DNA from: Candidatus Roizmanbacteria bacterium RIFCSPHIGHO2_12_FULL_37_23
GTDB taxonomy: Bacteria > Patescibacteriota > Microgenomatia > UBA1406 > HO2-37-13b
Assembly: GCA_001788095.1 (NCBI GenBank)
Contig: MFZX01000038.1
Coordinates: 1-55,301, forward strand
Direction of reading: 5' to 3'
Length of the DNA: 55,301 nt
The notes beneath the pieces were generated by a model that was not told where the DNA came from, searched no databases, and was given only the letters and a program-made list of their open reading frames with translations. The position numbers and the translations under genes were made by a program. This document shows, piece after piece, positions 9,494-17,515 of the stretch (positions are counted from its first letter, which is position 1; the number at the start of each line of letters is the position of its first letter).

Positions 9494-9718
9494 ATGTCAA
9501 TTGAGAACACATCGAATAAAAAAATATCACTCGATGACTTACCGGATCTTTTAACAATTCGAGAAGTTGCAGAAATTCTACGAGTTTCTCCACTTACTAT
9601 TAAGCGCTGGGGTAAAAGAGGAAAACTCCCTGCAATTCGTATTAATTCTCGTGGCGATCGAAGATATCGCAAAGAAGTGATACTTCGTCTTCTTGGAGTC
9701 GAAAGCACTACAGTATAA
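9494..9718 (+). CDS. excisionase/MerR-like helix-turn-helix DNA-binding protein (HTH_17-type)
   Basis: LLTIREVAEILRVSPLTIKRWGKRGKLPAIRINSRGDRRY; start moved to the ATG after the promoter. Confidence 0.85.
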   Translation: MSIENTSNKKISLDDLPDLLTIREVAEILRVSPLTIKRWGKRGKLPAIRINSRGDRRYRKEVILRLLGVESTTV

Positions 9719-9739
9719 AATTGGTATATAATTGTACTA

Positions 9740-10399
9740 ATGATTTTGTATGTAGCTTTTTTCGCCCAAATTATCCTCATCTACTTCATTAGTCAGTGGA
9801 CTATACAGCATCTTTTTCGAGCCTTATATAGAATAACAAAAAGTACGTTCGTAAGTTCTTATATTCTCGCACTACTCTATTTTCCCGGTACTCTTCTTCA
9901 TGAGTTGTCTCACTTTATAACTGCGGTTGCTTTACTTCTCAATGTTAAAGAGATGGATCTCATTCCAGTAGTAAAAAAGTCAGATGATGATAAACGATAT
10001 GTAAAGTTAGGTTCTGTAGTATTTGAACAAAAGGATTATTTCAGGAGTATGCTCGTAGGCATTGCACCTTTTTTTGTAGGACTTGGTTTTTTCTTTTTTA
10101 TGTTTGAGTATGATATTTTCCCTAATGAAAACATATGGATAAATGTGCTTTCGCTCTATCTCCTCTTCTCTGTTTCTTCGAGTATGTTTTCGTCAAAAAA
10201 AGATTTGGAAGGTACAATCATTATTGTCCCGCTCATCATACTTATTTTTTCCATATTAGTAGGGTTTAATATCGATATCACACGAATATTTTTGTCTGAA
10301 ACTACGCTGGAAATCATGAGAAGATTGAATATGTACTTGCTGATTGCAACAGGTGGAAATTCACTAATTTACGTAATTCTACGTCTGTTTCGTATCTAA
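9740..10399 (+). CDS. M50-family membrane metallopeptidase-like protein
   Basis: Multi-TM; FPGTLLHELSH zinc motif; LVGIAPFF. Confidence 0.75.
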   Translation: MILYVAFFAQIILIYFISQWTIQHLFRALYRITKSTFVSSYILALLYFPGTLLHELSHFITAVALLLNVKEMDLIPVVKKSDDDKRYVKLGSVVFEQKDYFRSMLVGIAPFFVGLGFFFFMFEYDIFPNENIWINVLSLYLLFSVSSSMFSSKKDLEGTIIIVPLIILIFSILVGFNIDITRIFLSETTLEIMRRLNMYLLIATGGNSLIYVILRLFRI

Positions 10400-10442
10400 C
10401 CGAGATCTGGTTGTAATTGATTTTTTTTAGTACAATTCTTAT

Positions 10443-10598
10443 ATGCCAGATGAAGCAGATGTATTACCAAAAGGAGAAGCTCCTCCACAATTACCTGCAA
10501 TCGATCAAATCGTTGTTGATTATGAACATGGAACTACAACTTCAGCACATAGACAAGAAATGCTTGATCGATTGTTACAAAAGGCCGAAGAGAAATGA
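10443..10598 (+). CDS. small hypothetical protein (51 aa)
   Basis: Hand-translated MPDEADVLPKGEAPPQ...LLQKAEEK*; ATGA overlap with the next gene. Confidence 0.55.
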   Translation: MPDEADVLPKGEAPPQLPAIDQIVVDYEHGTTTSAHRQEMLDRLLQKAEEK

Positions 10599-10867
10599 AC
10601 ATAATCATATATACAGGGCGAGTATGTCCGTTTTCACAGCAGGTTGTGGATGATATGAAAAGTCAAAATGTGGATTTCATTCATAAGAAGGTCGATGAAG
10701 ATCCAGAAGCGCTTTTAGAAATGTATAAACTTACAAAAAAAATTGCAACACCTGTGATTACTATAGAAAAGGATGATCAAAAATATACACTACTTGGATA
10801 CACACAGGAGAATAAAAAAACGTTACAAAAAATCGTAGAGCTAGCTAAACAAAGTAAACAACTCTAA
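10595..10867 (+). CDS. glutaredoxin/NrdH-like protein (CPFS)
   Basis: IYTGRVCPFS, ATPVITI. Confidence 0.8.
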   Translation: MNIIIYTGRVCPFSQQVVDDMKSQNVDFIHKKVDEDPEALLEMYKLTKKIATPVITIEKDDQKYTLLGYTQENKKTLQKIVELAKQSKQL

Positions 10868-10934
10868 GTACTCTTTCTTGTATTTTTTATTCAGTTAAGA
10901 GAAATTTAATATATATTTGGTATACTCTCCCGCT

Positions 10935-11168
10935 ATGATAATTCTTGCGAATACTACAAAAAAACTTTTATCAGATTTTTGTCTTGATATCTCAAAAGCC
11001 TATTTTATAGTTACGTTTGTAAATCCCGTATTATCACTACAAGATATTACTATGCTTTTGGTTTTATTGACAAAGGGTATTATCAGTAGTACTATATTTT
11101 TAACTCTTTCATGGTTATTAATTCCTCATCGATATAATGGATCAAAATATTATCGTACAGGCATATAA
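10935..11168 (+). CDS. small hypothetical membrane protein
   Basis: Two hydrophobic helices; TGG-TATACT 8 nt before the ATG at 10935. Confidence 0.5.
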   Translation: MIILANTTKKLLSDFCLDISKAYFIVTFVNPVLSLQDITMLLVLLTKGIISSTIFLTLSWLLIPHRYNGSKYYRTGI

Positions 11169-11253
11169 CTCATTTACGTTTTTCGGACTTCTTGCGGCTA
11201 TCGCCATCTTACTGCTCGTTATTGCCGCTAAAAAAGAACCAGGCAAGAAGTGA
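11137..11253 (+). CDS. 38-aa single-TM peptide
   Basis: Hand-translated MDQNIIVQAYNSFTFFGLLAAIAILLLVIAAKKEPGKK*. Confidence 0.4.
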   Translation: MDQNIIVQAYNSFTFFGLLAAIAILLLVIAAKKEPGKK

Positions 11254-11294
11254 TTTCTTCACTTATCGATTGTAGGTTTTAGCAGAAACGACTT

Positions 11295-11372
11295 CGTGGG
11301 GACTCCGGGAAAACAACCGGTGTGTGATGCAGCGCATGCTGCGATCGACCGGATGATTCCGGAGTCCCCACG
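11295..11372. repeat. long multi-stem hairpin at the 3' end of the island operon
   Basis: cgtggggactccgg / ccggagtccccacg 14-bp stem enclosing ccggt/accgg and gcagc-gcat-gctgc stems. Confidence 0.7.
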
Positions 11373-11401
11373 CGAGCCGCACGTCATGTGTGCTTCCGTC
11401 C

Positions 11402-12013
11402 CTACGGGGCGGGTGGTGCCGGAGGCGGTGGGGGCGGATCGATTCGCCCGAAACTCTGGGCAACAGACCAACGCCATCGGCGCGTTCCTCCACGCTTGGC
11501 GTAGATACGCCAGCGGACGTACGCGCCTCGACCTCCGTCGATCACTCCTCGACGTGCCTCCAGCTCGAGATCCAGAACTTCGACCACGAACCAGAACCAC
11601 AGGAAGCCGAGACCGACGACGAGGAGAACCGTCCACGGAAGTCCCGCCCAGACAGCGACGGTCAGCGCCAGCAGGAACGCCGCCAGAAGGTACTTCCGTA
11701 ACACGAAGGCTACGACACCTCCTGCGCCAAGCGCAATCGCGCCGATGAGGCGGTAGACGTACTCGTCCATCAGGTGCAGGGCAGGGCCCTGCCAGGACGC
11801 GTACATCAGCCATCCGAGACCGATCAGGATCACAATCGCCACGGGCCACTCGCTCGGCGAGATGCGGCGGTCTTCCAAGACCAGCATCATCAAGCCGACC
11901 AGAATGGCGGCGAAGAGACCCGTCTCCGTGCCGAGTCCCATGACCCGGTCCAAGACGAACCAGACGATGGCCGCGATTGCGACCATTCCGACAAACTTCA
12001 GAAGCGTTCTCAT
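11402..12013 (-). CDS. hypothetical multi-TM membrane protein
   Basis: AAGGAG SD; about 6 hydrophobic segments; Arg-rich then poly-Pro tail. Confidence 0.65.
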   Translation of the reverse strand: MRTLLKFVGMVAIAAIVWFVLDRVMGLGTETGLFAAILVGLMMLVLEDRRISPSEWPVAIVILIGLGWLMYASWQGPALHLMDEYVYRLIGAIALGAGGVVAFVLRKYLLAAFLLALTVAVWAGLPWTVLLVVGLGFLWFWFVVEVLDLELEARRGVIDGGRGAYVRWRIYAKRGGTRRWRWSVAQSFGRIDPPPPPPAPPAP

Positions 12014-12055
12014 TGCCCCATGCTCCTTTCGTGAGTTGGGCAGGTTGGGTTGGTA

Positions 12056-12556
12056 CTACCTAGTTGACCTGCGCGCCACGGGCTTGTACATGAACACTCC
12101 GAGCGTTGCTAGCGTTCTTCCGTTGCGCTGAACGCGACCCCCGGCTCCCGCCGATCTCGCGTTCTTCTGTGGGTAGAAGCGATATCCGCGCGCGAGCGCG
12201 ACGACGAAGGCAGCCACGAGCACGAGCAGGATGATGAGCCAGATCGCAGAACTACCTCCTCCCTGCACCCTGATCGGCTCGATCGACAAACTGCTGACGG
12301 AGGTTCCGACGAACGGGTAGACAATCCACCCGACGACGGTGAGCACGACGACCAAGATCGCGACCAGCTTCCGCAGGCCGAGCGAGCCCAGTAGCACGAC
12401 GAGCGTGCTTACCAAGCCACACATCGACATGAGGAACAGGCCGACGATATACGGCAATGCTCCGATGGCGGTGACGAAAGCCACCACCACCTGCACTGCC
12501 ACGATGGCCACGAGAACGACGATCGCCTTGAGCGTGGACCACGTTCCGGGATTCAT
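12056..12556 (-). CDS. hypothetical membrane protein
   Basis: Start moved to MNPGTW (GGAGGAG SD; ATGA overlap with upstream ORF); about 4 TM. Confidence 0.65.
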   Translation of the reverse strand: MNPGTWSTLKAIVVLVAIVAVQVVVAFVTAIGALPYIVGLFLMSMCGLVSTLVVLLGSLGLRKLVAILVVVLTVVGWIVYPFVGTSVSSLSIEPIRVQGGGSSAIWLIILLVLVAAFVVALARGYRFYPQKNARSAGAGGRVQRNGRTLATLGVFMYKPVARRSTR

Positions 12557-12786
12557 TGCTCTTCTCCTCCCTGTGAGCACGGGTACTCGGCCGGTTGGTC
12601 GAGCATGATGAAGGTAACTGGTTGCTGCACGGTGAGCGCGCTGAGCTCGACTACTTCTGAGCTCGTTACGCTCGAAACGATGTGTCGGTCGATCACGGCG
12701 AATCCCGCGTACATGCCCACGAGGGGCAGCAGCAGGACCAGCGCGCAAAAGACCAGTAGGACTATTCTGTTGTGGGACGGATCCAT
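12553..12786 (-). CDS. hypothetical single-TM protein
   Basis: 77 aa; ATGA coupling to the downstream ORF. Confidence 0.5.
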   Translation of the reverse strand: MDPSHNRIVLLVFCALVLLLPLVGMYAGFAVIDRHIVSSVTSSEVVELSALTVQQPVTFIMLDQPAEYPCSQGGEEQ

Positions 12787-12964
12787 GGGGCGGTGTCTCT
12801 CTTTCTTTTTTGTCTCTAGACGTTAGAGACTGGAAACTAGAAGCTTTATCTAGCTTCCAGATTCCAGCCTCCAACTCTAAAAAAAAACGTGCGACCCGAT
12901 TTTCAAAGAACAAAATAAGCACGAGAATGGGACGCAAATCTCCCATCATGTGCCTAAATATAGC

Positions 12965-12997
12965 CTATAGTATACTATAGCTAGTATAAAAAGTCAA
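12965..12997 (-). promoter_or_regulatory. sigma70 promoter facing the GC-rich island, -10 inside a 16-bp palindrome
   Basis: TTGACT-N17-TATACT on the minus strand; ctatagtatactatag at 12965-12980. Confidence 0.6.
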
Positions 12998-13041
12998 GAT
13001 TTGACAATCCAATATAGAAAGTAAAAACCCGAATTTTCTAT

Positions 13042-13590
13042 TTACCTTGCAGGTCCACCACGAGCTCGGACGAATATAGTTTCTGGTTGCATACGAAATC
13101 CTAAATATGTAAGATCAACACCTTTTGCTCTTAGCCCAAATTGTAGACCTTCAAATAACAGGTCATTTATAGCATCTCCCTCTATATGAGGTGCTACTCG
13201 ACCTCGAATATCTATACCAAAAAATGAATCTGGTTCAAAATCAAAATCAGGTACGAATAATCTCCCTGGCTTAGTGTCTTGTCGAATACCTGCAGAAAGT
13301 TCATAAGCAATACTTGGTGTCCATATGCCAGGCGCCACTCTCTTCTGTGCTTGACCGCTTGAAGTAACCAAAACCCGACCTTCACGTATTGGTGTTTTTA
13401 CATCCATAATACTGAGCTTAACTCCTCTACGTTGCTCCAATGCGTCAGCATAGGTGGATAAACCTCCTCGAACAAGCATAGAAAAATCATTTCCAGTAAA
13501 TTCCCGGTCAAATGGTCTACCTTTTCTGAGGGTTTCAACGATAAGTGATTCAGCGCGGGAAAACTTAAGTTCTTCTGGTGATGGATGCAT
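13042..13590 (-). CDS. hypothetical protein
   Basis: 182-aa ORF co-oriented with the upstream run. Confidence 0.6.
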   Translation of the reverse strand: MHPSPEELKFSRAESLIVETLRKGRPFDREFTGNDFSMLVRGGLSTYADALEQRRGVKLSIMDVKTPIREGRVLVTSSGQAQKRVAPGIWTPSIAYELSAGIRQDTKPGRLFVPDFDFEPDSFFGIDIRGRVAPHIEGDAINDLLFEGLQFGLRAKGVDLTYLGFRMQPETIFVRARGGPAR

Positions 13591-13618
13591 GATTTTGGAT
13601 TATACCATGTCCTATTTA

Positions 13619-16600
13619 TTAAGCTACTTTTGTATAACCACCATATTTTTTACTAGAACCAGCAGATGGAGCAATATATACGAGAGGACTTCGCCAGGAA
13701 CTTTCCCCTGGATCTATCTGGCGTTCACCATAGAAGACTGGTAACTGAATATCAGTATTTGTACTTTTCTGGATAGCTAATGTTAAAACTCTTCGTTCAT
13801 CTCCCATAGATGTCGTCGTATGCATTGCTGGATAAAATCTATATCCTAAATCGAGAGTATTGAGGTATTCAAAAAACTTTACCGGATCCATAGGTCTACC
13901 ATCTCCATCGAGAAACAAATTATCAAAACTATAACTTACATTTTCTTGTATATCTCCAATAAAAGCCCAACCTCCATTTCTCAATGCATTTGATGTTTGC
14001 ACAACTGCACCAAGTGGATCCCAAAAAAACTTATAGGCAGCTTCAGATATGATAAGATCTTGCTTCTCTCTACCTAAAACTTGTGTTAAGGTATGGACAT
14101 CAGCCATATGGTGTTCAACAGGAATTAAATGACAATCAGCAAACCTTGTAGCCATGTCGTCTGCAGCGATTGAGGAAAGATGTAGGCGCGAACCTGGAAC
14201 GCGCATTCCGATTACTTGACCCGCTTGTTGGAGAGCAACGTCAAACGTTCCGCCTTCATCTAATATATACATAATTTTACCCTGCTGTTTTCTTCTTCGG
14301 GCAATATCAAAAACCACATCAGCAAAATTCACATCAGGAATTAATGAATATTCTTGTTCATAACGCTTCAGACTTCCCCTATTTCGTGCATAGACAAGAA
14401 AACGATATGCAGGATTTTCTAGATTAGGTTCACGGAATTGTTGTGGTCTAGCTCGATGGGCTACAACCAATCTGTCAATATGGCGACGAAGTTCAAAATC
14501 TGCAAGCCTGACATTTGGATCTCTCTTCAACACCTGAAAAAGAGCTTCTTTTGAAGCTCGATCGCCTGATTGTACAGCGGCGTGTAGAACGTCTTGAATT
14601 TCTACATATCGATCTCGAGCTGTCACAAATTCCTGATCTTCTCTAGTTAACCCTTTTACATAAAAATCCCTAAACCAATCAACCGCTCTCTGAAATCTTC
14701 CTTTAAGAAGACTGTCAATTTTACCTCGTGATAATGGCTGCGTTTGAATCCTTTCAGCTCTACGTAGAGGTTCTGGTGTGGGTTGTCCGGACGACGACTG
14801 CGCTTCACTACGTATATCAACAAGGGTTTCTCTTAATTGATCTCTAAGCCATTGACCTCGTGCTTCACTAATCTCACCTGTAGCAAGCCACTGCATTGAG
14901 GCAAAAATCGTTGATAATCGATACATATTGAATCTTGTACGAGCATTCGGGTCATCAAGTAAATCCGGCCTTCCATATCCCCGCAAGAGCTCTCTAAATC
15001 CATCAGTTCCAGTATTCGGCCTATCGAAAATCGAGAAATACGCGAGATCCAATAAGGGGTCTCCAGCTTTTGCATTTTCAAAATCAAAAATTCCTGTTAG
15101 CCTGCCATTCTGAGAAACCATATTTGAAAGTGAAAAATCACCATGAAGCAATTGTTGCGGTGCGGAGCCTAGAAGTCGTCTATTAGTATTTACATATTCC
15201 AACGCTGCTGCGATATCTGCTGCATCAATAAATCCAGCATCTACAAATGATTGGGCGTGATCTCTTTGCATCGTTCCCGTTATGAAACTTTCCCAGTCTG
15301 GGCTCATTCCTCTCCCATTTCCATCAAGAAAACCATAGCCTGCTGGAACTGGTACGGCATGTATTTTCCTCAGCGCTCTTCCAGCTTGTCTTAAGGAATC
15401 GCGAGTGATATTTCTCCTTACAATTTCTCCGGGTGCTTTTTCAATAACTGATATACACATCCCCTTTATAACAGATCCAGCACTCTCGACTTTAACTACG
15501 GCTGGTACTGGTATCCCCTGTCTCCGAGCTTGATCCATTGCCCATTCTTCAGCGCTATATTTATCTCGACCACTTCTATTATTTATTCTTACTATAAGTT
15601 CTCTGCCATCAGCTGTCCTTACAGAATAAACCCTATTATTAGTCCCTACTTTGTACTCTTGCGCCGAAGTTATATCAACTCCAAGCCAAGAACCAATTGT
15701 TCTGAGCTCATCTGGAAAATTTGCGATTTCTCTCGTATGAGCACGAGGTTCCACACTATGGACCCTTCTCATCCCTTCCTCGAATGCAGATGTATCTGTA
15801 ATTCTAAAATTTCCATCAATTACTTCATACTTCACACCCAGTAATCTCATCGCTGTATTAAAAGCATCAAGACCGCCTCTCGCTCTCCATGATAAGGCGC
15901 TGTGGTAAAATGCAGCTGCTTGACGCTCAAACTCCCTTCGATTAAATCCACCATGACCCTCTCTAACAGCTTTCTCTGTTAATTCTTCACCTGCTTTGCC
16001 CCTGACTGAATCATCTCTATCGAACGCTGAATATTGACTTTGTATAAGTTCTTTCCCTAGAATTCTCACGAGGTCTCTCCTAGGATCCGACAACACAGAA
16101 ATTCTACCGCAATACCTCACGCGATTATTTTCTTGATTTTCACCACCCTTAATCCGTGCTCTCTCAAATCTTCTTCTAACCGGATCCCAGCTTCTTACCC
16201 ATTTAATTTTATTACCTATTTCAACGTCTTCTCCTGCTACGTCATTTTGGTCATAATTCCCAACTGCAGCAACCATTTTCAAGCGCATGGCTGAATTACG
16301 ACCAACAAGGAACGGCTCTCTTGATGTTTTTTTCATATGAGCAAGATCCATTAGTTGCCAAAGTCTACGTGTTGCAAACTGGACTGGTACTCTAGCCATT
16401 AACTCACGGGGGAAATCTATTTTTCCAGCCATTGCATCCATGACTGGATGAGTGTCAAATTCATGAATTATATCGGCAACATATGTAGGCTTTAAAGCTC
16501 CTTGCGGCATGTCAGCATCATTACTTACATAAATCAAATCACTAGAGGGTTTTTTTCTATGTCTAGCAGCATTATCAATAACTGCTGCTGTTGCAATATT

Positions 16601-17497
16601 TCTAATGTTGCCAATCGTCTGAGCACGTGGATCCATCACTCCCTTTACATAATCTATTTGTAACCCCGGAGCTAGACGACGAGCTTCTTCAATCAACCTT
16701 CTTACTTCAGCTCCAGTTTGATCCCGTCTACCACTTGCTGGCCAATTATCAAAAACAACAACCCGAAGTTGACTATAATCAAGCGGTGTGCCATCTCTAT
16801 TTGTTTGACCAACAAAATTCCGTAAAGTTCTATAAATATTTCCCCCTTCTCGAAAAGCAGGCATACAAACAACCGCACGTACGCCATCACCTAACGGTTG
16901 CATTTGATCTGATAAAGACCTCACCTCTCTTAGTCTCTCGGGTGATAGAGAACCAATGTACCACTGATATTCTTCACCTTCTCGTAATTCAGCATCTGGA
17001 CTACTTCTAAGCCTCGGAGACAATTGTTCCCATTTGTCTAGAGGAAGTGCTTGACCATTGTGTCTCTCATCCTTTTTCCATACTCTTCTGTCTCTGGACC
17101 GTATTAAAGGTCCTGTTTTTCGTAGTTGATCTCTACGCTCAAGTAACAACTGTCTTCTCGTCTCTAATCCTTTTCGAGCAAGATTATCATGAGGAGATAA
17201 AGCTTTAAGTTCAGCTTCTACTTGAGCAAGTCTATCTTTAATAGTTTGAGGATTTGGGGCTTCTCTATCTCCCCGTAAAAGTGTTGCTCGAGCTGATATT
17301 ATTGCAACTTCGGCTGCAAGACGATCTCTTTCACCTGCATTTTCTGGTGCTGCACTTCCATTACTTAATACTCCGAGTCGTTTTCTTCTCCACATTAAGT
17401 GGTGTGAAAAGCCTTCGGGATCATAAAGAAGAACACGTTGCTCAATTGGTAATGGACCTGTTTGAAGCTCAAGTGCAGGGGTTGTAGATTCTTGCAT
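13619..17497 (-). CDS. multidomain protein: GT-A (GT2-like) glycosyltransferase + APH/choline-kinase-like phosphotransferase + class I methyltransferase-like domain
   Basis: VVCMPAFRE...VVVFDN...SNDAD...GEDVEIG; LLHGDFSLSN, IFDFE, GDPLLDLA; ILDEGG...QDLIISE...SNALRNGGWAFI. Confidence 0.7.
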   Translation of the reverse strand: MQESTTPALELQTGPLPIEQRVLLYDPEGFSHHLMWRRKRLGVLSNGSAAPENAGERDRLAAEVAIISARATLLRGDREAPNPQTIKDRLAQVEAELKALSPHDNLARKGLETRRQLLLERRDQLRKTGPLIRSRDRRVWKKDERHNGQALPLDKWEQLSPRLRSSPDAELREGEEYQWYIGSLSPERLREVRSLSDQMQPLGDGVRAVVCMPAFREGGNIYRTLRNFVGQTNRDGTPLDYSQLRVVVFDNWPASGRRDQTGAEVRRLIEEARRLAPGLQIDYVKGVMDPRAQTIGNIRNIATAAVIDNAARHRKKPSSDLIYVSNDADMPQGALKPTYVADIIHEFDTHPVMDAMAGKIDFPRELMARVPVQFATRRLWQLMDLAHMKKTSREPFLVGRNSAMRLKMVAAVGNYDQNDVAGEDVEIGNKIKWVRSWDPVRRRFERARIKGGENQENNRVRYCGRISVLSDPRRDLVRILGKELIQSQYSAFDRDDSVRGKAGEELTEKAVREGHGGFNRREFERQAAAFYHSALSWRARGGLDAFNTAMRLLGVKYEVIDGNFRITDTSAFEEGMRRVHSVEPRAHTREIANFPDELRTIGSWLGVDITSAQEYKVGTNNRVYSVRTADGRELIVRINNRSGRDKYSAEEWAMDQARRQGIPVPAVVKVESAGSVIKGMCISVIEKAPGEIVRRNITRDSLRQAGRALRKIHAVPVPAGYGFLDGNGRGMSPDWESFITGTMQRDHAQSFVDAGFIDAADIAAALEYVNTNRRLLGSAPQQLLHGDFSLSNMVSQNGRLTGIFDFENAKAGDPLLDLAYFSIFDRPNTGTDGFRELLRGYGRPDLLDDPNARTRFNMYRLSTIFASMQWLATGEISEARGQWLRDQLRETLVDIRSEAQSSSGQPTPEPLRRAERIQTQPLSRGKIDSLLKGRFQRAVDWFRDFYVKGLTREDQEFVTARDRYVEIQDVLHAAVQSGDRASKEALFQVLKRDPNVRLADFELRRHIDRLVVAHRARPQQFREPNLENPAYRFLVYARNRGSLKRYEQEYSLIPDVNFADVVFDIARRRKQQGKIMYILDEGGTFDVALQQAGQVIGMRVPGSRLHLSSIAADDMATRFADCHLIPVEHHMADVHTLTQVLGREKQDLIISEAAYKFFWDPLGAVVQTSNALRNGGWAFIGDIQENVSYSFDNLFLDGDGRPMDPVKFFEYLNTLDLGYRFYPAMHTTTSMGDERRVLTLAIQKSTNTDIQLPVFYGERQIDPGESSWRSPLVYIAPSAGSSKKYGGYTKVA

Positions 17498-17515
17498 ATA
17501 AGTAAGCTAATATCA

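Larger units (their letters stand above)
11280..12795. other. GC-rich island
   Basis: Abrupt rise to roughly 60%+ GC (by eye) against AT-rich flanks. Confidence 0.8.

Noticed and set aside
9494-9718. Prophage or ICE excisionase marking an integrated element
   Set aside because: No integrase, att repeat or phage genes nearby
11259-12608. Several long overlapping ORFs in the GC-rich island (11259-11849, 11296-11748, 11390-11701, 11774-12034 and others)
   Set aside because: Shadow frames expected at high GC; Arg/Ser-rich junk composition; no SD, unlike the TM ORFs
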